A stretch of DNA of 64,000 nt from Planctomycetota bacterium (GCA_021776805.1 JAJFFD010000092.1:22089-86088); one strand, 5' to 3'; positions 38,422 through 49,644 are shown, numbered from the stretch's first letter. Notes: generated by a model from the sequence alone, not told the origin. A program made the numbers and translations.

Positions 38422-40023
38422 ATGAATGCAATCACTCTGCGTTTCGCTCTCCTTTCATCTACCGTGCTGATGCCCTTGACGGCGCAATCTGCAGAGCAGG
38501 TTGGTTCTGGCGGGTCGCTGCCGGAGGGTTCGCCGGAAGGCATGGCCTTGGTTGATCAAGCCGGGCTGAAGAAGCATGCCTTTGCTTTGGCTTCGGATGA
38601 GTTCGAAGGACGCTACACAGGGACTGCCGGTCAGTTAAAGGCTGCGGCCTACATCGCTGAGCACTTCATGAGCCTCGGCCTGGAAGCTCTCGGAGATGAG
38701 CAAGCGGACGGTGCGCGTAGCTTCTACCAGGAGTACGAAGTCGCACGGAGCTACCTTGACCCCGAGGAGAGTGGGATCGAGATCGGCTCCGAGGAATTTC
38801 GATCAGGCTACGGGATCCTCGTGGGGGCGAAGGAAGCTGGTGCAAGTATCGAGGGAGTCTTTCATTTTGTGGGTACTGGCAGTCCCAAGAATCTCCCGGA
38901 CGGTGACCTAAGCGGAATCATTCCTGTCGCGTATCTTCGTGCTGCTCCTCTGACCATCAACAACCCAACGATCAAAATGGGTGCCGGCCTGAGGCAGCTC
39001 TTTATCGTTCAGGGGATCGCAAAGCGTCTCGCATCCAAGGGGGCCAAGGCCGTGCTGGTTTGCATGGGGAATGATGAGAACGGGATCCCTGACATGATCA
39101 ACATGATGGGGATGACTCCAGAAAAGCACAGTCTCAGCTACGGCGGAGGCATGTCGCGTACTCAGGACTGCGAGATTCCTGTCGCCTTCGCGAACGCGGA
39201 GCTAAGTGCCAAAGTCTTGGCTGCCCTGCAGGTCACCATGGATGAGGAGGGGAAGCCGGTGCAGGCTGAGCAGGAGAACTCCGTGATGGGCTCCCTCAAG
39301 CTCGTCGTAAAGGAGGATCCATCATTCCGAGTGCCGAACGTGGTTGCATTTCTAAAGGGGGAAGACCCGGACTTGGCCGCGGAAGCGGTTGTCTACTCTG
39401 CGCATATGGACCACATGGGCATGCGTATGGATGGTGACGCATTCAATGGTGCAGATGACAATGCTTCCGGGTCTGCTGGGCTATTGGAAATCGCCGAGGC
39501 ATTTGCCAAGGGCCCGCGCCCAAAGCGGTCGGTTATCTTCCTCTCGGTCTCTGGAGAAGAGCTGGGCCTTTGGGGTTCCGAGTACTTCTCCGAGAATCCA
39601 AGTTGGGCGCTAAAGCAAATGGTTGCCAACATCAACATCGACATGATCGGCAGAGTTGCGGACATCTCAGGCGAATCAGAGGTATCGGTGACCCCGAGCT
39701 ATCGTCACAAGATGTACTCGAGCATCGGCAGGCGATCTGCAGAGCTGGCGGATCAGCTTGGATTGGGACTCACAGTCGGTGACAAGTTCTATGCGCGCAG
39801 CGATCACTACAACTTTGCCAAGAAGAACATCCCCGTGGTCTTCTTTTGCGATGGGGAGCACGAGGACTATCACCAGGTCACCGACCACGCCGACAAGCTC
39901 AACTACCGGAAGATGGAGTTGATTGCGCGACTCGCATATTGGACTGGCTGGGATGTGGCCAACGCTACTGAGCACCCGCAGGTCATTGGGAAGCACCGTG
40001 GGTGGCTCGGCGCGAAGAGGTAA
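38422..40023 (+). CDS. Secreted M28 family metallopeptidase
   Basis: LASDEFEGR, SAHMDH, NGADDNASG, GEELGLWGS, NIDMIGR, RSDH, DYHQVTD. Confidence 0.93.
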   Translation: MNAITLRFALLSSTVLMPLTAQSAEQVGSGGSLPEGSPEGMALVDQAGLKKHAFALASDEFEGRYTGTAGQLKAAAYIAEHFMSLGLEALGDEQADGARSFYQEYEVARSYLDPEESGIEIGSEEFRSGYGILVGAKEAGASIEGVFHFVGTGSPKNLPDGDLSGIIPVAYLRAAPLTINNPTIKMGAGLRQLFIVQGIAKRLASKGAKAVLVCMGNDENGIPDMINMMGMTPEKHSLSYGGGMSRTQDCEIPVAFANAELSAKVLAALQVTMDEEGKPVQAEQENSVMGSLKLVVKEDPSFRVPNVVAFLKGEDPDLAAEAVVYSAHMDHMGMRMDGDAFNGADDNASGSAGLLEIAEAFAKGPRPKRSVIFLSVSGEELGLWGSEYFSENPSWALKQMVANINIDMIGRVADISGESEVSVTPSYRHKMYSSIGRRSAELADQLGLGLTVGDKFYARSDHYNFAKKNIPVVFFCDGEHEDYHQVTDHADKLNYRKMELIARLAYWTGWDVANATEHPQVIGKHRGWLGAKR

Positions 40024-40047
40024 GAAAGAAATCCAAAGTGCTTCATT

Positions 40048-40073
40048 CTTATATCAGAATGTGATGATATAAG
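40048..40073. promoter_or_regulatory. Putative SahR operator (palindrome)
   Basis: CTTATATCA-gaatgtga-TGATATAAG, perfect 9-bp inverted arms, 6 nt upstream of the sahR start. Confidence 0.8.
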
Positions 40074-40079
40074 GATCTA

Positions 40080-41042
40080 GTGACTTCTCTCGCCGATCTC
40101 CAGACCACACTGAAGCTCCTTTCCGAGCCGGTGCGGCTCCGCCTTCTCTCCCTCTTGTCGATGGAAGAGCTTGCTGTGCAGGAGCTTACGGCAGTGACTG
40201 GTCTGGCTCAAAGCCGTGTGAGCAATCATCTTTCCCTGCTCAAGCGCGCTGGGCTCGTGTTGGACCGCCGCGAAGGCACCTGGAGTTTCCATCGTCTAGC
40301 AGGGCCTGATCACGGTGGTGGCCTATCTCGCGAGCTCTTCGAGGCTGTCCTCAAGCCCTACCTAGCCGGAGAGGAGGGCTTGGCTGATCGCCGGGCCGTG
40401 GAGGCCCTGAAAGAGCAGCGTCGGGAGCGGAGCCGTCGAACCCACGATGCGCTTGCGGGTAGTTGGAGTACCGTCGGTGAGGCCTTCGCCCTTGGATCCC
40501 TTCGCAGCGAAGCATTCAGCTCCCTCGTGCCGGGTCAGCTGGTCATCGCTGATCTTGGTTGTGGGGCTGGCTTTCTGACCTCGTTTTTGCTCGAGCGAGG
40601 GGCGCAGGTCATCGCCGTAGATCACTCCGAGCAAATGCTGGCAGAGGCTGGGAAGAGTCTGGAGTCAAAGCAGGTGGAGTTCCGCGCTGGAGAGATGGAT
40701 CAGCTGCCTCTGGCGGATGGTGAAGTCGACGCGGCTTTCGCCAATCTTGTGTGGCACCACCTGGCAGACATGGACTTGGCTGCTCAGGAGCTATCGAGAA
40801 TCCTCAAGCCCGGAGGTCGCGCAGTGATATCCGATCTCCTTCCGCACGAAGAAGACTGGATGCGTGAACGGATGGGTGATCTTCACCTGGGACTCGACCC
40901 GAATCGTGTCCGTAGCGCTCTTGGGCGCGCTGGCTTCGTGGAAGTGAAGCAGCAGGACTTGCTCGACAGCTATGTCGTGCAGGGGAAGACCGACAAGACC
41001 GTGCATTTACCAATGTTTCTGGTCGCGGGTACGCGACCTTGA
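40080..41042 (+). CDS. sahR: ArsR-HTH / SAM-methyltransferase-fold regulator (SahR type)
   Basis: LSEPVRLRLL..QSRVSNHL..L..AGLV..RREG ArsR HTH plus ADLGCGAG SAM-binding domain; directly upstream of ahcY. Confidence 0.88.
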   Translation: MTSLADLQTTLKLLSEPVRLRLLSLLSMEELAVQELTAVTGLAQSRVSNHLSLLKRAGLVLDRREGTWSFHRLAGPDHGGGLSRELFEAVLKPYLAGEEGLADRRAVEALKEQRRERSRRTHDALAGSWSTVGEAFALGSLRSEAFSSLVPGQLVIADLGCGAGFLTSFLLERGAQVIAVDHSEQMLAEAGKSLESKQVEFRAGEMDQLPLADGEVDAAFANLVWHHLADMDLAAQELSRILKPGGRAVISDLLPHEEDWMRERMGDLHLGLDPNRVRSALGRAGFVEVKQQDLLDSYVVQGKTDKTVHLPMFLVAGTRP

Positions 41043-41048
41043 GACTGA

Positions 41049-42554
<1,506 letters not shown>

Positions 42555-42617
42555 TAGGCTGCTGAGCTGCGGGGCAAGTCCCCCGCTTGTCCTGGCCCGG
42601 GGCCTGTGGGTTCCGGG

Positions 42618-43709
42618 TCAGTGACCTCGGATCTTGTGCAGCGCTGCTGCTGCTCGATCTGCCAACTCTTTGTCAGGTCGCCGGGTCGCATCTTCGAGGG
42701 CGGGGAGCGCCGAGCTGGCCTTCGGTCCAAGTAGACCTAGGAGATCGATTGCTTCTCTTATGCCCGTTGCGGCCTTGTCCTCGAGCACAGCGACCAGATT
42801 TGGCACATAGGCACTGAGATCCAGTACTTGAGTGCTCAAGGATCGCAAAGCGAAGGCGCGCTCGTCCGCGCGTCCTCTGTGCAGGAGCATGATGAGAGCG
42901 GTGTATTCAACGGTCGGTTGATCGCTGATTTCTACCAAGGCTCGTGCGGCTGCGGTTCGAACCTCAACGTCGTAACTAGCTTTGCCCCAGACGACGGTGG
43001 GTTTCCCCTGGTCTCCATCGAGAGTTACCTTCTCAGCGATGCGAATCCTTGGATGGCTTGACTCGATTGCATCACGAAGCGGCTGGATGCCGCTGCTGCT
43101 CATCTCATCGTAGTAAGCAAGCAAGTCTGCCGCCGCCTCGCGTTGATAGCTATTATCGCTGGTTAGCCGTTCAATGAGGCTGAGGGGACGGAGTTTGAAG
43201 TTGATGGCGAGGCGGGCAGCACAACGATCAGTAGCCTGAATGGCCTCCGCCCAACGTCGCGGTGGAAGCTTCTTCAGCTGTTCTTGGAGCGCTGGTGACA
43301 ATCGCCAAAGAACCGTGGCGGCTTTGTCTTGGTAGTAGGGCGCAAGGTTTCCAACTGTCTCCATGAGTTGGATGAACTCCTCCGGAGCGACTTGGTTAGC
43401 CAAGTCTCCCAGGAGAGGAATGGTTTCCCTAGCCTGCGGTCCCAGCCTAGAGATCGTCTCGAGGAGGGTTCTGACCATCGCGCGTTCGCCCGCCTTGACG
43501 CTAGCCTCCAAGCTTTCTGCGACCACTGCGACGCCCCACTTGCCGATGCGCAGGATTTCTTTCTGCGCCTTGGCGCGCGTGTTTGGGTCCCGTAGCTTGC
43601 TGACCCATTCCCGGGTCTCCGCATGGACGCGAATGGTGTCAGCAGATTGAGCTTGGCTCTGACTCCCGAAGAAGAGAGCGGTGGTTAGAAGTGCTGTAAG
43701 CTTTGTCAT
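42618..43709 (-). CDS. Secreted HEAT-repeat protein
   Basis: Signal peptide MTKLTALLTTALFFGSQSQA; repeated LG.QA..IP.L and VRTAAARAL HEAT motifs. Confidence 0.75.
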   Translation of the reverse strand: MTKLTALLTTALFFGSQSQAQSADTIRVHAETREWVSKLRDPNTRAKAQKEILRIGKWGVAVVAESLEASVKAGERAMVRTLLETISRLGPQARETIPLLGDLANQVAPEEFIQLMETVGNLAPYYQDKAATVLWRLSPALQEQLKKLPPRRWAEAIQATDRCAARLAINFKLRPLSLIERLTSDNSYQREAAADLLAYYDEMSSSGIQPLRDAIESSHPRIRIAEKVTLDGDQGKPTVVWGKASYDVEVRTAAARALVEISDQPTVEYTALIMLLHRGRADERAFALRSLSTQVLDLSAYVPNLVAVLEDKAATGIREAIDLLGLLGPKASSALPALEDATRRPDKELADRAAAALHKIRGH

Positions 43710-43726
43710 TCGCAATTTCTCAGTAG

Positions 43727-43812
43727 TGCGGAGGGGGGGACTCGAACCCCCATGGCCTGTAAAGGCCGGCAGATTTTAAGTCTGCTGCGTCTGCCGATTC
43801 CGCCACCTCCGC
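43727..43812 (-). tRNA. tRNA-Leu(TAA), CCA not encoded
   Basis: Minus strand GCGGAGGTGGCGGAATCGGCAGACGC, arm GCAGA-CTTAAAA-TCTGC, GGTTCGAGTCC, CCTCCGCA. Confidence 0.95.
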
Positions 43813-43948
43813 AGAATATCACGTGTGGGCTTAATGGGATCAGTCCGAGGCTGTGAACGCCAGTCGATTCGTGATCGGTTGTTGAGCATTGCGCCTGGAC
43901 TGCTTCAATGTCCACGCACTCCATCCAAGACTCTCCGAGGTCCATCTC

Positions 43949-45346
43949 ATGGCGAATTCCCGTATTGAAAGAGACACAATGGGCGAGGTTCAGGTCCCAG
44001 AAGGCGCCTACTACGGTGCCCAGACTGAGCGCGCCAGACGAAATTTTCCCATCAGTGGGGTTGGGATTCCTGCGGTCGTGATTCGTTCCCTGGGCCTGAT
44101 CAAGGGTGCTGCAGCCGCCGTCAACGCGGATATCGGTGGTCTGGATGCAAAGATCGCCGAGGCGATTGCCACTGCCGCCGGTGAGACAGCTGCTAACAAG
44201 CTCGATGAGCATTTCGTGGTCGACGTATTTCAGACTGGGAGCGGAACTTCGTCCAATATGAATGCGAACGAGGTGATCGCGAACCGTGCGAGCCAGATCA
44301 TGGGGCACGAGCTTGGAAGCAAGGCGGTCCACCCGAACGACCATGTGAACATGGGGCAATCGAGCAATGACGTGTTTCCGTCGGCTGTCCAGCTCGGCCT
44401 GAGCCTACTGGTCAAGGGACAGATGCTGCCCGCAATGGAGAGACTTGCCGGTAGTCTGCACGATCTGGCCGATCGAAACTTCGAGTCGGTGAAGACTGGG
44501 CGTACGCATCTCATGGATGCGATGCCAATTCGCTATGGGCAGGAGTTCCGTGGCTATGCGCAGCAGGTTGAGCTTGGCGCCAGAAGAATCGAGACAGCCC
44601 TCACTGATCTCGCGGAATTGCCCCTGGGGGGAACTGCTGTCGGAACTGGGGTCAATGCTCAGGCAGGCTTTGCCGACGCCGTATGCAAACTGTTAGACAA
44701 GGAGCTAGAGCTTGGTTTGCGCGAGACGGCTCGTCATTTCCAAGCGCAAAGTAGTTTGGACGCCGTCGTTGCCATGAGTGGCGCTTGCCGCGGATTCGCT
44801 ACAGCGCTCTACAAGATTGCCAATGATATCCGCTGGATGTCCTCAGGACCCCTGACGGGTTTGGGAGAACTTGCCATCCCAGCTGTGCAACCGGGCAGCT
44901 CAATCATGCCGGCCAAGGTAAATCCGGTGATTTGCGAGTCGGTGCTCATGCTCTGTGGCCAAGTGTTCGCCAACGATTCAGCAGTGGCTTTTGGCAACAG
45001 CCAAGGGCAGTTCGAACTCAATACAATGATGCCTTTCATGGCACGGAATTCCGTCGAGTCTGTGAACCTGCTGGCGAATGGCTGCAACATGTTCAGAGAG
45101 AACTGCCTCGAGGGAATGGAGGTGACCGTCGAGGGTGCCAAGCAAGTGCACCGCAACCCGATCTTGGCGACTGCACTGAACAGAGCAGTGGGTTACGAAG
45201 TCGCGGCCAAGATTGCCAAGGAGTCGGCGGCAAGCGGTCGAAGCGTCAAGGAGGTGGCTCTCGAACTCACCGATCTAGGTGCCAGCGAACTAGATGGACT
45301 ACTCGACCCCGGGGGGCTCTGTGGTCAGATGGGTCGGCGACGATAG
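43949..45346 (+). CDS. fumC: Class II fumarate hydratase
   Basis: RIERDTMGEV, QTGSGTSSNMNANEV, HPNDHVN..QSSND, KTGRTHLMDA, GSSIMPAKVNP; start ATG 43949. Confidence 0.96.
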   Translation: MANSRIERDTMGEVQVPEGAYYGAQTERARRNFPISGVGIPAVVIRSLGLIKGAAAAVNADIGGLDAKIAEAIATAAGETAANKLDEHFVVDVFQTGSGTSSNMNANEVIANRASQIMGHELGSKAVHPNDHVNMGQSSNDVFPSAVQLGLSLLVKGQMLPAMERLAGSLHDLADRNFESVKTGRTHLMDAMPIRYGQEFRGYAQQVELGARRIETALTDLAELPLGGTAVGTGVNAQAGFADAVCKLLDKELELGLRETARHFQAQSSLDAVVAMSGACRGFATALYKIANDIRWMSSGPLTGLGELAIPAVQPGSSIMPAKVNPVICESVLMLCGQVFANDSAVAFGNSQGQFELNTMMPFMARNSVESVNLLANGCNMFRENCLEGMEVTVEGAKQVHRNPILATALNRAVGYEVAAKIAKESAASGRSVKEVALELTDLGASELDGLLDPGGLCGQMGRRR

Positions 45347-45361
45347 CGATCGAGGATTGGC

Positions 45362-45562
45362 CTAACCTTCCCCCGAGGGTGCCAGGGACTCGCTGTCTGG
45401 CTTGGGGTTGAGCTTGCCACTCACAGCCATGAAGATTGCCTTGGCCACAACGTAGGGCAGGTACAGAACCGTAACGACCAGGATGGATCCAATGATGATC
45501 ACGGTCATCAGAATCGCGAACACCAGGTAACTGAGAATGCGAGGAATCATGAGCTGGGCCAC
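45362..45562 (-). CDS. Small hypothetical membrane protein
   Basis: Strongly hydrophobic 60-66 aa ORF filling the gap between fumC and the DJ-1 gene; start may be ATG 45550. Confidence 0.5.
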   Translation of the reverse strand: MAQLMIPRILSYLVFAILMTVIIIGSILVVTVLYLPYVVAKAIFMAVSGKLNPKPDSESLAPSGEG

Positions 45563-45607
45563 TAGGAGTATATTCCAGCATCGTCTTGACTGCTCGAAGA
45601 CAGGGAT

Positions 45608-46171
45608 ATGACCATGACGAGGGAAAGTAGGCGTGTCTTGGTCCTCCTGGCGCAGGGTGCCGAGGAGATGGAGGTGGTCATCGTAGTCGACCTACTAAGG
45701 CGGGCGGGTATCGAGGTCGTCCTTGCCGGCCTCGATGGGGATGGAGTGGTCGAGTGCAGCCGGCAGCTACGCCTCCTACCTGATGTCTCATTGGACGCTG
45801 CCCAGGGTGTATTCGATCTCCTGGTGCTTCCTGGTGGTATGGGAGGAAGTGAGCGGCTCGCATCCGATCCGCGGGTGGGGGATCTCCTCCGGGCCCAATT
45901 CGCTGCGGGACGTGATGTGGCGGCCATCTGTGCCGCCCCGAAAGTCTTGGTTGCACATGGACTGGGTGAAGGTCGCGCGATGACGAGCCATCCGGCAGTT
46001 CGGACGGAAGTTGCGGGGCATGCGGAGTACAGCGAAAGCGCAGTGGTTGAGGACGGGCTCTTTGTGACCAGTCGTGGTCCGGGGACTGCATTCGAGTTCG
46101 CGCTTACGATGATCCGGAGACTCCTGGGCGATGCGAAATCCAAGGCAGTTCAGGACCAGCTGATTCTCTGA
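45608..46171 (+). CDS. DJ-1/ThiJ/PfpI family protein
   Basis: GAEEMEVV, LPGG, AAICAAP, TSRGPGTAFEFAL. Confidence 0.94.
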   Translation: MTMTRESRRVLVLLAQGAEEMEVVIVVDLLRRAGIEVVLAGLDGDGVVECSRQLRLLPDVSLDAAQGVFDLLVLPGGMGGSERLASDPRVGDLLRAQFAAGRDVAAICAAPKVLVAHGLGEGRAMTSHPAVRTEVAGHAEYSESAVVEDGLFVTSRGPGTAFEFALTMIRRLLGDAKSKAVQDQLIL

Positions 46172-46234
46172 GCTCACGCTCTGTCTGGCGCAAGTCCAGC
46201 CGCATAGTTCTCCATACTGGTCTCCGCGCTGACC

Positions 46235-46639
46235 TTATCGCTCGGCTAAGTCGAAGCGGACAACGGCGATTCCGGTTTGGCCGCCGGGTGCCAGCTTCTC
46301 CGGGCTGCGTGGGCCATCGCTCGTAACGATGACGAAGTCACCTTCCTTGGCGAGAGGAATCTTGATGCGTGCGTGGTCGAGAATGCCATCCTCATCGAGG
46401 TCGGTGAGAGCAAAGGGGATGGGATCCCGTCCCTCGACATAGAACGTCAGCCGGTCAATTGCGAAGTCGTCGAAGCCTGCGGCCAGATCTTCGAGAGGGA
46501 GGTCGATCACGGCCAGTGGGGAGTCCTGATCGCCGCGGTTCTCGATCGGGATCCGGAGGTAGCCATAGCTGGCCGGGATGCAGGCCTGCAGGCTGAGCAT
46601 CACCGCCAAGATCGAATTCTGCTTTAGCGATGAGATCAC
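46235..46639 (-). CDS. Hypothetical lipoprotein
   Basis: GTG 46639 just after tRNA-Cys; lipobox-like LQAC after a hydrophobic stretch; Ca-loop-like DLDEDGILD. Confidence 0.55.
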   Translation of the reverse strand: MISSLKQNSILAVMLSLQACIPASYGYLRIPIENRGDQDSPLAVIDLPLEDLAAGFDDFAIDRLTFYVEGRDPIPFALTDLDEDGILDHARIKIPLAKEGDFVIVTSDGPRSPEKLAPGGQTGIAVVRFDLAER

Positions 46640-46647
46640 GCTGTAAA

Positions 46648-46721
46648 TGGAGGTGGCGGCCGGATTCGAACCGGCGTTCACGGATTTGCAATCCGTTGCC
46701 TAACCACTTGGCTACGCCACC
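46648..46721 (-). tRNA. tRNA-Cys(GCA)
   Basis: Minus strand GGTGGCGTAGCCAAGTGGTTAGGC, arm ACGGA-TTGCAAA-TCCGT, GGTTCGAATCC, 3' TCCA; 74 nt. Confidence 0.96.
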
Positions 46722-46894
46722 AGGAGCCTCCTGAGGGCGGAGAACCCTAGCGAGGCGATGTCCCCGGATCAAGACTGGGGGTGCAATCCGTTCCTCATGA
46801 GAGGTTTAGGAATGACCTTTCCCCGGGGACGGGAAGCCCTAGCCTGTAGGGTTCCCGGCAACTTCGCCGGAGTCCCCCCTGAGTACAGAGCTTA

Positions 46895-47146
46895 GTGAAG
46901 AAGAATATCTACTTCGAATTCGCCCAGGAGCTGGTGGAGCAACCCTTGCTTTACCAGCTGAACCGCAAGTTTGACGTGATCATCAATATCCGCGGAGCCT
47001 CGGTCTCCGAGGGTGGCGGGTTTCTGGCCCTCGAGCTGGAGGGTGAAGATGCGGAGATCTCCGAGGTCCTCAAGTTTTTGGATAACCGTGGTGTCACCGT
47101 GGCCGACGGTTTGGGCGAAGAGGGCTCGACGGAGCCAGCCTCGTAG
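46895..47146 (+). CDS. Stand-alone NIL-domain protein
   Basis: F.QELVEQPLLYQL..KFDVIINIRGASV....G...LELEG...I...L..L...GVTV pattern. Confidence 0.8.
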   Translation: MKKNIYFEFAQELVEQPLLYQLNRKFDVIINIRGASVSEGGGFLALELEGEDAEISEVLKFLDNRGVTVADGLGEEGSTEPAS

Positions 47147-47200
47147 CTGACCTGGAACTGGGGAGAAGGACTGGGGAGAAGGCGTTGGGCGCCCAACCCC

Positions 47201-48427
47201 TTACTTGCCCCGCTTCTCCATCAGGCCGTCCCATTTCTCGGCGTCGCTGTAGTGCGATACGAAGGTGACCCAGACCTTGACGATGCGAGCATTCCAGTCA
47301 GCAGTCTCGAGAGGAACCTCTTCGCCAATGTTGACCGGCCTGAAAGGGACGTTCGCACCCTTGGTGGTCGTCTCCATGAACTTGTTGAGCTCCCAGGCAT
47401 CCATGGAGTCGAAGCTATCCATGTAGTCCTTCTCACGTAGGGCGTTGAAGATCGCTGCCAGGGGCTTGTACCCAAGGGCCTCGAGTTTCTTCTTGGCATC
47501 AATCCCGGCGCGACCGCCATCGGCCAGGTCGCTGATCAGGTCCTCAATTACGGCCTTTTCTTCGTCGCTGACGTCTGCCGGCCAGGGCATGGGTTCGAGT
47601 TCCGTCTTTGGGTTGAAGACCTGCGAGGGGTCAGTGATCGGCTCGCCCTTCTTGCGGGCAGGCTTGCTGTCCTTGGCAGGCTCCTTGGATTCGTTGGCAG
47701 CTGCCTCGGCTGCGGCAGGATCAGCACCCTTCTCATCGCCAGCGGCTTCGACGGGTTGCCCTGCTGCGGGAGTCTCGCCGGCGGGGGTTTCCGTTCCGGT
47801 CGTTTGCTTGCCTTCCTCGATCTGGGTGGCCTGTTCTGCGTTTGCCTGCCCTTCACCGGCAGTTGCGATTTTTTCTTCCGCAGGTGCATCGTCGCCACCC
47901 ATGAAGAAGATCACGCCGACAACGGCCGCGGCTAGCACAAGGACGCCGCCGCCAATGAGCATTCCCTTGTTGCCCTTCTTGTCTTCAGCCACGGCGCGAC
48001 CGCGGCGGCTGCTGCCTCCGCGACTACTACTGCGTTTGCTGGCACCGCCTGAGCTGGCACTGCCTGAGCTGGCGCGCCGAGGGCGAGATACTGGCTTGGA
48101 GTCCGCCTCTTCGGGCTCTTCAGAGGCTTCCGCCCTGCGGCTGCTGCGAGTCGGCCGTGTTGGCGAATCGGAGCTCTTGGTGGTTCTGGACCTGCGGGGC
48201 GACGCTGGTCGGGCTGCGGCAGGCTTAGCAGTCGCCGGCTTGGCCGCGGCAGGCTTGGCAGCTGCGGGCTTTTCTTCGCCGGCATCTGCTGTGGCCTCGG
48301 TCGCTCGCTGTGCGGCGACGTCGATCACAGTGCCACATGCTTTGCACTTGGCGCGGTTACCTTTGAAGGTTTCAGGGATGCGATACTTCGCACCGCAATT
48401 GGTGCATACGATCTGCGTGGCGGCCAT
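47201..48427 (-). CDS. Zn-ribbon / low-complexity linker / single-TM / extracytoplasmic helical-domain protein
   Basis: CTNCGAKYRI..KCKACG (MJ0042-like), AAAKP repeats, S/R-rich linker, TM GMLIGGGVLVLAAAVVGVIFF. Confidence 0.75.
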   Translation of the reverse strand: MAATQIVCTNCGAKYRIPETFKGNRAKCKACGTVIDVAAQRATEATADAGEEKPAAAKPAAAKPATAKPAAARPASPRRSRTTKSSDSPTRPTRSSRRAEASEEPEEADSKPVSRPRRASSGSASSGGASKRSSSRGGSSRRGRAVAEDKKGNKGMLIGGGVLVLAAAVVGVIFFMGGDDAPAEEKIATAGEGQANAEQATQIEEGKQTTGTETPAGETPAAGQPVEAAGDEKGADPAAAEAAANESKEPAKDSKPARKKGEPITDPSQVFNPKTELEPMPWPADVSDEEKAVIEDLISDLADGGRAGIDAKKKLEALGYKPLAAIFNALREKDYMDSFDSMDAWELNKFMETTTKGANVPFRPVNIGEEVPLETADWNARIVKVWVTFVSHYSDAEKWDGLMEKRGK

Positions 48428-48471
48428 GGGACTTTCCGTGGGGGTACTGGCTTGAGGGACGGCGGAGAATT

Positions 48472-49644
48472 CTACCGCTTCCTGGATCTCCCGCCTCTCC
48501 TTTGTTTACCCACATCTACGACTCCTTCCTCGGCCTCTCGGGCGGCCTTCAGGGCGCTGTCGATGGGCTTGTCGTAGTTGTTGGTCCACCAACCAAACCA
48601 CTGCTCGAGAGCAAGCTGTCGGGACTCGTTGGTGGCACCGCTGAAGGCATCATTGTGGACCGCAGAGGGATTAAAGCCGAAACGACGGCCGGTCATGGCC
48701 TCGAGTGTCGCCGTGATTCTCCGGAGGCGGATGAGGTTCTCCTGCGACGACATGTCGATCTCGTAAAGTGCGTTCAACAGCCGTGGCACTGCGGGCTTAC
48801 CGATCTCGAGGATTTCGGTTTTTGCGTCACGAAACGACCGGGCAGGAGCCTCTACCTCGATCAAGCTCAGGATAAGTCCGTCGATTCGTATCCTCAGCTC
48901 GGGATCCGTTTCTTCCAGGTGGCCAAGGGGCTTTGGTGCAGCGATGACGGCTTTGCTCGCCTCGCCGCCAAACTCAACGTCGATCGTCTTGGCTGCACCC
49001 AACTCAGCGAGGGGTGAGTGGATCTTCTTTTGTCGTATCTTGGCTGGCATTCGCAGAATCGACCAGCGCGTTACTTTGGGTACCTCGCTGAGTACCTGAA
49101 AACTCACGGCGATCTCCATTCTGTCCGTGAATCGATCTTCATACTCAGGCTTGGGAACCATGTAGAGCATGACGGTACCCCGATCCGAGCTCGCCATCGC
49201 TTGATTGCGATCCTGGATTTCAGCTGAAGTGATTTCGAATTGGCGAAACCAGCTCGTCTCGTCATGCTCGATTATGAGTTTCAGGATCTCCCCTGATCCT
49301 GTGCTCAAGTAGTCCGTGCCGGGATTCAAGTAATTATTGAGAGTGGCCAGGTCGCTGTGCCGCTCCAACTTGTTGAGATCACCGCTGGCAATGGATTCAG
49401 CCCAGGTGACTACAGCGCTCACCCTGATATTGTCCATGCCCGTCGGCAGTCGGACTGGCGCCTGGCTCGGGGTGGCGCCGACTTCCTCACCTTGACGAAG
49501 CAAGATGAGCAGGAGGACGGCGAGGCTGGCCAGAATGGTGGTCCCTGCGATGGCACCAGCGTGACTTTGTTTGCGGGGAAGTGTTCTCTTCTGGACTCGG
49601 GATCCAGGCCTCGGTCTGCGAGCACTCCGGCGTCTTGTAGGCAT
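48472..49644 (-). CDS. Single-TM hypothetical protein sharing a C-terminal helical domain with the neighbouring gene
   Basis: R-rich N-terminus, TM AIAGTTILASLAVLLLILL, C-terminal EIGKPAVPRLLNAL..LEAMTG..FGF..W.GWW; start uncertain. Confidence 0.7.
   Translation of the reverse strand: MPTRRRSARRPRPGSRVQKRTLPRKQSHAGAIAGTTILASLAVLLLILLRQGEEVGATPSQAPVRLPTGMDNIRVSAVVTWAESIASGDLNKLERHSDLATLNNYLNPGTDYLSTGSGEILKLIIEHDETSWFRQFEITSAEIQDRNQAMASSDRGTVMLYMVPKPEYEDRFTDRMEIAVSFQVLSEVPKVTRWSILRMPAKIRQKKIHSPLAELGAAKTIDVEFGGEASKAVIAAPKPLGHLEETDPELRIRIDGLILSLIEVEAPARSFRDAKTEILEIGKPAVPRLLNALYEIDMSSQENLIRLRRITATLEAMTGRRFGFNPSAVHNDAFSGATNESRQLALEQWFGWWTNNYDKPIDSALKAAREAEEGVVDVGKQRRGGRSRKR

Noticed and set aside
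42569-42590. Terminator after ahcY (GCGGGG-caagtc-CCCCGC-TTGT)
   Set aside because: The hairpin is real but the U-tract is too weak to call with confidence.
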